Shown here one piece after another: positions 26,080-34,900 of a stretch of DNA of 64,000 nucleotides (positions within the stretch are counted from its first letter, which is position 1; each line of letters opens with the position of its first letter). Source of the stretch: a virus. Position numbers and translations under genes: made by a program. Under the pieces are notes generated by a model. That model was given only the letters and a program-made list of their open reading frames with translations. It was not told where the DNA came from and made no database searches. The stretch lies in IMG/VR virus record IMGVR_UViG_3300034283_001913, positions 18,604 through 82,603 of that record; one strand, written 5' to 3'.

Positions 26080-28611
26080 ATGAAAAGAAAAGTCAGAATA
26101 GTGTCCATGCCTAAGGCACAGTCTGGGCTGGCTGTAAAGATGAATGCCGGTAGAGCAGCGATTGGTTTAAATGCTAATCAGCTTAGCTGGCCTGTTATGG
26201 CCGGCGAGTTTTCTGCTCCAGATCTTAAGGTAGCAAGTACAATACAAGAAGCAAAGGGTCCTTTTAATATTGAAGCTGAAAAAGGTGAAACTATTTTTCA
26301 GCCTGCAGGTTTTGGAGGAATCCCAGCGCACTTTAAAATCGGTGGTAAAAAACACTACGATGGTGGAACAAAGCTAAATGCTCCACCAGATTCCTTTATC
26401 TTCTCTGACCACAGTTCTATGAAGATAAAAGATGGTGATGTCCAAAAGATGTTTGGTAAAACCGAAAAGAAAAGTGGATATACCCCGGCCGATATTGCTA
26501 AGCAATACGATATAAACAAGTATGTCAAGATTCTTAGAGATCCTGATTCAGATCGTCTTCAGCGCGAAACTGCAGAGATGATGATCACCAACTACAATTT
26601 AAAGTTGGGTAAGCTCGCTTTAGCGCAAGAGTCTATCAAAGGATTTCCTCAGGGGATCCCGGCTATTGCTATGCCGTATATGATGACTATGAATATTGAT
26701 CCTAATGATTTTACACAGACGCAGGGTCAACCGGAACAACCAGCTCCAGACAATATGTCTAAAGGAGGAAGTTATGTTCCTAAAGCTCAGCGAGGATTAT
26801 TCAATCGTCGTAAAACAACAATGCGTTATAATCCTCAATCCGGAGCTTACGAAGTTCTAGATGAAAACGGTAACGTTATTGGTTTTGGTAATCCTGGACC
26901 TCAATATCCTGCTCCGCCGGTATACGGTGGATATCCTCCTGTTATGGGCGGAGGTATGGGTATTCCTGCTCCAGGTAAATCAGGTACTGAAGTATCTAGA
27001 GTAGTTAAGCGCCAGGATATACCTAAAGACGGTATTATCATCAAACGTGCTGATTATAAAACAGAAAAAGAATACATAGAGGCTCGTGACAATGCTTACC
27101 AAACTAGAGGAAACAAAAAAGTTTATACTCAAGGTTCGGATGGTAAATACTATAAGGTTGGTGAAAAAGCTCCTACGGGAACTACACCTGATGAAAACCT
27201 TAGCATGTTAGGAAAAGCTTTTGGTAATGACAAAGTACAGAAAGCTCTTTACGATAAGACTTTAGCTGCGGCTAAAAACTCAGAAAACCTAGGAAAAAAT
27301 CCAGGCTTCACTGTACAAGAGTTAGAAGCTATGACTCCTGCTCAACTTACAACACAATTTCTTGAGATGCAGAACAGAAATGTTAAACTGTCTGCTCACT
27401 TAAAAAGTGAGGGTATAGGGTTTAACTGCTTTGATAATAAAGGAGATTTTAAGTCCGGTCCTGACTGTAAAAACGATAAGTATAAAACTTTAAATGAAGC
27501 TTTTGTAGGAGCAGGTGTTCAACCTCCAGCCGATAGAAAAGCAATAGGGATTCAACAAATATCCTACATCGGATATCGTGACCTTCTATCTGATAAAAAG
27601 CTAGACCCAACTTTAGCAGAAACTCTTAAGCCTTTTGCTATTGAAGCAAAAGGCTATGACGATGAAACAGGACCAGATGCAAACAAAAGAATTTCTAAAG
27701 CTGACGGTGTTTATACCAATACTACAGCTGGTGAGGTGGCAGGTATAAGAAGCGCTCCGAGTATCATCGAAGAGCTTGCAGAAGAAACTGAAGAAAAAGT
27801 AACTGATCCTGCGGCTCCTGAATACACAGCTGGAAATCTTTCCGCTCCTTGGTGGTTACAAGATATCATAAATATTTCAGGTAAGTTTGGAGATTGGGCA
27901 AGACTTAGAAAACGTTATCCAAATCTTCCTGTACCTGAAGTAGTACTTCCAGAAGGAGTGTTCGCTGATCCTAATCGCGCTCTAGCAGCTAATGCTGAAC
28001 AAGCTAATATTATGGCTCAGAATCTTGCTGCTTTCCAAGGACCTCAAGCTTTATCTAGTCGTTCTTCTCAGATTCAAGGACAGGCTGCTCGTCAAGCTGC
28101 AGACATCATGGGTCGTTACGATACCATGAACGTCGGTATAGCAAATCAGCTAGAGTCTCAAAGATCACAAATCCTTAATGCGGCTAATACAAATCGAGCT
28201 AATATAAAAGCTCAAGAAGATATGTATAACGCTATTGTAGATCAGAACTTCCAGAACGCTGAGACAGCAGCTAGAAATAATCTTCGCCAGTCTTATATCA
28301 ATGCTATGAATAATCGCTGGACAGCCTTTAACGTTAATCAGCTTACAGATCAATATCAGATGCATCCGGAAATTGGTGGAGGAATCTTCTTTGATCATGG
28401 AAGACCTGTTCAGCCGGATAGCTCATCTTCTACATCACTTAGCGATGCTTTCATGACAAATCGTGAAAATATGCCAGGTGTAGATGACAGCGTTATCTGG
28501 CAGATTACAAAGAACCAGATGGGAGTAGCTGATGAGAACGCGGTTGATCCTAACTACCAGGCTATGCTTCAGGCTCAAGCTAACATGTACAATACATCAC
28601 AAGGACAATAA
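26080..28611 (+). CDS. Virion cargo protein (crAss cargo-like)
   Basis: 843 aa; N-terminal EAEKGET...GKKHYDGG...FIFSD domain typical of crAss cargo proteins; Gln/Ala/Asn-rich helical C-terminus. Confidence 0.6.
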   Translation: MKRKVRIVSMPKAQSGLAVKMNAGRAAIGLNANQLSWPVMAGEFSAPDLKVASTIQEAKGPFNIEAEKGETIFQPAGFGGIPAHFKIGGKKHYDGGTKLNAPPDSFIFSDHSSMKIKDGDVQKMFGKTEKKSGYTPADIAKQYDINKYVKILRDPDSDRLQRETAEMMITNYNLKLGKLALAQESIKGFPQGIPAIAMPYMMTMNIDPNDFTQTQGQPEQPAPDNMSKGGSYVPKAQRGLFNRRKTTMRYNPQSGAYEVLDENGNVIGFGNPGPQYPAPPVYGGYPPVMGGGMGIPAPGKSGTEVSRVVKRQDIPKDGIIIKRADYKTEKEYIEARDNAYQTRGNKKVYTQGSDGKYYKVGEKAPTGTTPDENLSMLGKAFGNDKVQKALYDKTLAAAKNSENLGKNPGFTVQELEAMTPAQLTTQFLEMQNRNVKLSAHLKSEGIGFNCFDNKGDFKSGPDCKNDKYKTLNEAFVGAGVQPPADRKAIGIQQISYIGYRDLLSDKKLDPTLAETLKPFAIEAKGYDDETGPDANKRISKADGVYTNTTAGEVAGIRSAPSIIEELAEETEEKVTDPAAPEYTAGNLSAPWWLQDIINISGKFGDWARLRKRYPNLPVPEVVLPEGVFADPNRALAANAEQANIMAQNLAAFQGPQALSSRSSQIQGQAARQAADIMGRYDTMNVGIANQLESQRSQILNAANTNRANIKAQEDMYNAIVDQNFQNAETAARNNLRQSYINAMNNRWTAFNVNQLTDQYQMHPEIGGGIFFDHGRPVQPDSSSSTSLSDAFMTNRENMPGVDDSVIWQITKNQMGVADENAVDPNYQAMLQAQANMYNTSQGQ

Positions 28612-28658
28612 ACTTTATAGGTTTAAAAAACTTATAAGATTTTTGTCTAAATTTCGCA
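28609..28658 (+). promoter_or_regulatory. Palindrome TAAAC-N7-GTTTA and a -7-like box upstream of the cargo gene at 28665
   Basis: Palindrome at 28609-28625; TAAATTTCGCA at 28648-28658 resembles Bacteroidota TAnnTTTG. Confidence 0.35.
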
Positions 28659-28664
28659 GATACA

Positions 28665-31600
28665 ATGGCAACATACATACAAGGTGTAACTGATTATATT
28701 CCAGAGCTACAACCGTTCCAACCGGATTTTAATATGCTCGCTAACGTTCTGCAGACTAAGCAGAGTCGTTATGATGCGGCCCACAAACAATTAAGCAGTG
28801 TATATGGTACATTGCTTAATTCTCCTATGCTTAGACAGCAAAATATTGATGCTCGAGATCAGTTCTTTAAAAGCATCGATCAAGAGATTCAAAGGATGTC
28901 TGGGATAGATCTGTCTTTGCAGCAGAACCAAACTGCAGCTATGGATGTGTTCAAAGGTCTTTATGAAGATAAGAATGTGGTGAAGGATATGATGTGGACT
29001 AAGAACTACATGAACGAGCTCAAGCGGGCAGATGCTTTTAAAAGTTGTGTTGATACTAAAAAGTGTGGTGGTAGTTGGTGGGAAGGCGGAGTAAAAGCTC
29101 TTAACTACAAAGCTCAAGAGTTTAAAAATGCTTCAACAGAAGATGCTTTAAATTTTGCTGATGCTTCTTACGTCGCAGCACAAGACTTTACAGAAGATGC
29201 TATTAAGCTTGCAAAAGACTCAGGCTTTGAAGTAAAGTTTGATGAAGTTAAAGGAGACTGGATTGTTACTACCAAAAATGGTAAAGAGATGATTCAGCCT
29301 CTTGCTGATTTCTATCTTTCTCGTTATGGCAACGATGGTAAAATCGTAGAGTTCTATAAGACGCGGGCTTATCTAAATCGTATGGATTGGGTAACAGCGA
29401 ATCTATCTAACTATGCAGATGCCAATGAAGCTAACATGGCTTACATTAGTAATCTTGTAGAAGCATCTAAGAGAAAAGTTACTCAAGGAAAACAAGAAGC
29501 TTCTGAAGCCGCAGATATTGCAAAGACTCGATCTCAGCGTATTGACAAGACCATTAAAGAGCAAGGATATATTCCTAGCATGAATTGGTTAGAGGGGTGG
29601 AGAGAAGACAAAGAAGAAGTAGGTTCTACAGAACAGACTCTACAGGTATATGACGATGCTGATAACAATTTAAAAGCTTTAGGCATAAACCGGGATAATG
29701 TTCGCTTTGCTGTAGATAATTTTGATTCGGTGATGGGCTTTAATATGCTCAGAGAAACTACCTACAACGTAGCAGAAGGCTATGCTAGACTGAACCAAGA
29801 AGTTACTATTAAAGAAAACCCTTATGCTGTCCAGGCTAAAGCTCAAGCTTTCCAATTACAAAGAGCTAGAGAAAAAGAAGGTTACGTTGAAATAGATCCT
29901 GAAACTGGTCAAAGACGATACGTTTGGGGAACCGATATGTATCAAAAGTATGAGCTTAAAAGAATAGAAGAAGAAGAGAAAAAAAGAGCTGAGGCAGAAC
30001 TTGCAAAAAAATTAACTACCTACACTCCTAAAGATTTTGGAGGAACAGCTACAACACTTGTTGATCAGAACAAAGCTTATAAGGATAACGTTTCTCAAAG
30101 AAATGCTCTTCTTGATAGAAAAAATAGTTCAGCTAAACAATATGTTTTAGAGGGTATTCGTGCTATTCAACAAGCTCATCAAGTAAACCAAAATAACCCT
30201 AAAGCAGGAGCTTCTTTAGATGCATTAAATCAAGTAACTTACAATATCTTAGGCGGTGCCTCAGGCAAAATAACACCATATGACCTAAGTGATGTAACTT
30301 ACGGTACGATAGGTAAGAAAAACAAGTACGGCATAAACCCTCAAGCTCTTATTACCGGAGATAAAAAAGCTGTTGAAGATTTTGAAAAGCTATTAGACGA
30401 TCCTGCAATTCTTAATCAGCTCTACGCTAATACTAAAACACAATTTGATCCTACAAACGGTTCAGGATGGCTTAATAATTCTTGGGTGACAGAAGATACT
30501 CGTACTACGTTATCTAAATACGAGAAAGACTTTAAGCTTAGTGATCAATTTGTAGAGGCTCATACCGACTTTTCTAAAAAACAATCTGAGCTAGCTATCA
30601 CTCTTGCTCAAGCGGATCTTAGTCAAAAACAAAATACAGAAGATGAAGACGATTGGAATGAGATGGATCGCTCTTTTAAAGTGTTTAAAGAAGTTTACGA
30701 TACCTCTAATGTTGATGGTTTTGTAGCAGATGACCCTGCTACAAATAAAACACTAGATGAGAAATTAAAAAAGATTGCTACAGAAAGAGTAAATAATTTT
30801 AAAAAGAGTAATCCTAGAGGTTATCAGGAGCATAACGCAATGGTTCTTGCTAGAGAAGCTCGTGATGTTTCATTAAATGCTCAAGCGGTAGCAACACCTT
30901 TTGGAGGATTAACTAAAGCCTTTGTAAAAGCAGGAGAGTATATTAATCCAAGTCTTCAAGCTCTTAGTCAATTAGGTACTGTAGAAGAAATGTCATATGA
31001 TGCTGTTGTAAAAGAATATAAGCAAGGCTATGCTATGTGGAGACAAGCTTATTCAGATAAAGGAGCTTCTTGGACAAATCCAAAAGGATTAAAAGCTACA
31101 GATGACGCCGCTCATGGATATTCCGGAGTCATAGATTCTGGAGTAAGTCCTGAGTATTCTCAATCCAATATGGATTTTATGGATATGATTCAGAACTATA
31201 ACACATTGAGAGATGAGGCAAAAATCTATTACGGTAACATTGAAAATACAGGTGAAAGATATAGAGATGGTGAAGACAATGATGCTGGAGCTAGAGACAT
31301 ATTAGACCAAGTAATAAAAGATTTTCCTTTAGGTGGAAGACTTTCAAAAGAAGGTTTACCGATAAATGAAGATAGAGTTGCCGGAGGATTTGATATTGTA
31401 CCTATAGCCGCAGGTGATGAAAAAACTATGGCTTTTAGAATTGTTCCTAGTAAAGCTTGGGGTAAGCAATATCGTTCAGCTCAAGGTAAAAGCGATAAGC
31501 TTATTGATGATGACAGATACGCTGATGAAGGGATTGTTGTATACATGCCTAAGGATAAAATGCAAAGTGACTATCTAAGAAGAAGTGTATATGACGAGTA

Positions 31601-31913
31601 TGATTTTATTATGGAAAATACAGGGAAGCTTAAAATAGAAAACCCTATGGCTGGTAATATTACTATAACAAAAGAAACAAACATGTATCGGTTAGATATG
31701 AATCTTATCGAGTACGATGATAATGGTAATAATATTTCACGAGCCGCTGAACCTACCTATCATGACCTTACGTTAGATCTTGGCGATCTTTATACAAGAT
31801 TTAGTCAAAATCTTGATATCAATGCTATGCTTAATAGAACTACTTTGACTAATGCCGCTCAACAGTATAAAGGAGATCCTAATCAGATTTTATATAACAC
31901 CCCAGCTCAGTAA
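28665..31913 (+). CDS. Virion cargo/ejection protein
   Basis: 1082 aa; QPFQPDF...LQTKQSRYD N-terminus, helical; synteny before the giant proteins. Confidence 0.55.
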   Translation: MATYIQGVTDYIPELQPFQPDFNMLANVLQTKQSRYDAAHKQLSSVYGTLLNSPMLRQQNIDARDQFFKSIDQEIQRMSGIDLSLQQNQTAAMDVFKGLYEDKNVVKDMMWTKNYMNELKRADAFKSCVDTKKCGGSWWEGGVKALNYKAQEFKNASTEDALNFADASYVAAQDFTEDAIKLAKDSGFEVKFDEVKGDWIVTTKNGKEMIQPLADFYLSRYGNDGKIVEFYKTRAYLNRMDWVTANLSNYADANEANMAYISNLVEASKRKVTQGKQEASEAADIAKTRSQRIDKTIKEQGYIPSMNWLEGWREDKEEVGSTEQTLQVYDDADNNLKALGINRDNVRFAVDNFDSVMGFNMLRETTYNVAEGYARLNQEVTIKENPYAVQAKAQAFQLQRAREKEGYVEIDPETGQRRYVWGTDMYQKYELKRIEEEEKKRAEAELAKKLTTYTPKDFGGTATTLVDQNKAYKDNVSQRNALLDRKNSSAKQYVLEGIRAIQQAHQVNQNNPKAGASLDALNQVTYNILGGASGKITPYDLSDVTYGTIGKKNKYGINPQALITGDKKAVEDFEKLLDDPAILNQLYANTKTQFDPTNGSGWLNNSWVTEDTRTTLSKYEKDFKLSDQFVEAHTDFSKKQSELAITLAQADLSQKQNTEDEDDWNEMDRSFKVFKEVYDTSNVDGFVADDPATNKTLDEKLKKIATERVNNFKKSNPRGYQEHNAMVLAREARDVSLNAQAVATPFGGLTKAFVKAGEYINPSLQALSQLGTVEEMSYDAVVKEYKQGYAMWRQAYSDKGASWTNPKGLKATDDAAHGYSGVIDSGVSPEYSQSNMDFMDMIQNYNTLRDEAKIYYGNIENTGERYRDGEDNDAGARDILDQVIKDFPLGGRLSKEGLPINEDRVAGGFDIVPIAAGDEKTMAFRIVPSKAWGKQYRSAQGKSDKLIDDDRYADEGIVVYMPKDKMQSDYLRRSVYDEYDFIMENTGKLKIENPMAGNITITKETNMYRLDMNLIEYDDNGNNISRAAEPTYHDLTLDLGDLYTRFSQNLDINAMLNRTTLTNAAQQYKGDPNQILYNTPAQ

Positions 31914-31918
31914 TAATC

Positions 31919-34900
31919 ATGGCAGAACCGGTTAATCCTTTAGATGCTCCTACTTCTAACATACAACTTGATGTATCGGCAGGGTTAGTAGATCCTAGAA
32001 GTTTAGATATCACTGATATAAAAGTTCCAGATCCTCCTCGGTCATATCCTGTGGGAGTGATGAGTACAAACATGATACCTACTCAAAAACAGGTAAGTGT
32101 TTCCTCGTCTCAAGCAGGTGCCGAAAGATTAAGAGAACTTGGTAGAACAGCTGGAACTTGGGCTAATAACCCTACGTACTATTCTAAAGTAAAAGCTTAT
32201 AACTCTGATTATGATGGAGCAAACTTTAAGAAGTATGCAGCTTTGCCTAGTGTTTATAAAAAGTATGGCTTTACTCCTTTCAGAGATAATGAATCGCTTT
32301 ATAATAAAGAATCTAGTTGGCTAGAGAGATATAGTCGAAGTTTGACCTCTAGTTTGAATCTTGCTCAGTCTGCATATACAGATATGCTTCCTTGGAATAC
32401 TTGGAGGGATTGGAATGATCCTAATATTACATCGGCTAAAGAAATGGCTCGATGGCACGCTATAGGTCATGACAGCAAAGGAGGGCTAGGATCTTGGATT
32501 AATAATATGACTGTAGACTTTGGTTATACAGGAGGTATTCTTGCCGAGATGGCCTCAGAAGAAATTGTTATTTGGGGGGCGTCTACTCTTTTAGCTCCAG
32601 AGACTGCAGGAGCAAGTTGGGCTGCAGCGGCCACACAAGCTGGTAGAAACATTAAAAAAGCTCTTAATCTTTACGATAAGTTCAAAGATGTACAAAAAGG
32701 TATCACTACCACATATGACTGGCTTAAAAAAGCAGATAAAGCAAATGATTTTTGGAAGTTTGCTAAAACATACGGAGGCAAGGGTATTAGCGGTATAGGA
32801 AAAGCGATTCTTCCAGAAACATTTAAGTATGGAACAGAGCTTGCTAAAAGTCCTAAAGCTTTTGAAAAAGCTCTTAGTTGGGCCGGAGCCTCTAAAACAT
32901 TTGGAGCTTTCTATCGCGATGCTCGAGCTTATACAGCAATAGTATCCGAATCCAAACTAGAAGGAGGAAGTACAGAACTAGATGTAAGAGATAGTCTTAT
33001 AGATGAGTACTATAAGAAAAACAACGGAAAGCTTCCTGGAGAAGAAGATTTAAAAAGAATCTATGAAGAAGCCGGTAATGCCGGTCGACAAGCTTTCTAT
33101 TGGAACCTTCCTGCTCTTTGGATATCTAATAAGATAGTTTTTGATAAAGCTCTCAGAGGTTGGAAACCGATGTCTGCTTTTAGAGAAGAACTTGAAAAAG
33201 GTATTAAAGGTAAACTAGTATACGATGAAGCTTTAAGAAAAGCAGGTAAAGCTGCCTGGAGCGTTGTAGATGATGGATGGAAAGGTACTTGGAAAACTCT
33301 TACTACAGGCGCTACATATCGACCTAAAAATCTTCTCAATAACGCCTTAGGTTCTTTTGTAAACTATAGCAAAGCCAATATTACAGAAGGTCTTCAAGAA
33401 GTATATCAGGACGTGGTACAAAATACCATGACTGATTATTATAAAGATCGTTTCCATAACTTCTATACTACAGGTTCAAGATCTGTATTTGGATCTTTTT
33501 ATGATCATATGAAAAATATTGATCCAGGAAGAGCTGTTGAAACTTTTTCTTCAGGATACTTTATGGGCTCTATGGCCAAGTTTCCTCAGAAGCTAATGTT
33601 CGATATTGTACCAGAACAGTTTCATAAGTGGACTAAACCGGAAGATTATAAACAGTGGAGGGATAGTCAAGAAAAAAACACAAAGAGTATTGTAGATGCT
33701 CTTAACGCTGCTACTGAGAATAACGGTTTCTGGGATGCTATTACTGAAAACACAGTATCTCAGATTACCAATCAGCGAGAAGCTGATATGGCCAATGAGG
33801 CCAATGACAAGCGTTCTTATTACACTATTACAGACGATAGTGTATCTCAACATCTTCATACTCTTATTCGTTTCGGAAAACTAGATCTTATAAGAGATCA
33901 AATTAAGGATATGAAAGGTCTTGATGCTAAAGGTTTACAAGAAGCCTTTGGTCCAATGGAGGGCACTGATCAAGAAGTAAGCAATGAATATCAATCTCGC
34001 TTAGATTCTTTCCTTAAGAAAGCTGATATGGTCGAGAAGATGTTTACTGAAACTGAAGAGAAATACGGTAATCCTTTTGATCCAAAAAGCTATAACCGTA
34101 AGACTGATCCTGAAGGGTATGAAAGAGAATATAACGCTTGGGTAGGATGGGAAGAAGCTAAAAAAGCTGCTGTAAAATCTAGCTACGACTTTTTCAGAAC
34201 AACTGGTCGTATGAAGAGTGTTATGGATGAGCTTATTGCAAATAAGCCAGTTGCTGAAAGTATAGCTTCTGAATACATGATGGCTCTTAATACTAATACT
34301 CTTGATGTAGAAATAGAGTCTCTTAAAGGTAATAAAGCCAAAAATGAAAAAGGTCTTATTGAAGTTTACCGTGAAGGAGATGAAGAATCTCAAAAGAAAG
34401 CGGATGAGCTGCAGGGTAGATTAGATGTTCTTGAAAAATACAGAGACGCTATCGACGAGTATAAAAAAGCCGTTGAGATAGATAAAGCTAATCAAACAGG
34501 AGTTGTTAGCGAAGAACAGAGATCTGTCGAAAAAGGAGCTAAAGTAAAACAAGGTACAAAAGTCAAGAATAAAAAAGGCCGGGAAGCTGTTGTTGCTAAG
34601 ATTAAAAAGGGCAAAGCTTATGATGAAAACGGCGGTCTTATCGGTAAGGTAAGCAGTTTAGAAATACTTGAGGGAGAAAGAGAAGAGGATATACTAACTA
34701 GTGCTACACAGAACCTTTACGACAACTATAGAGAATTTGTCAAATATATTTCTAGAGCTAAAGGTGAAGTAGCAATAGATGCTGGTATTGATGAGTCTTT
34801 TATGAAGCTCAAAGATTACTATGCTTTAGGAGTTGACCGAGAGTCTTATGCAGCAGCTGTTGACATCCTGCACAATCCTAGTAAGTTTACAGAATACGCT

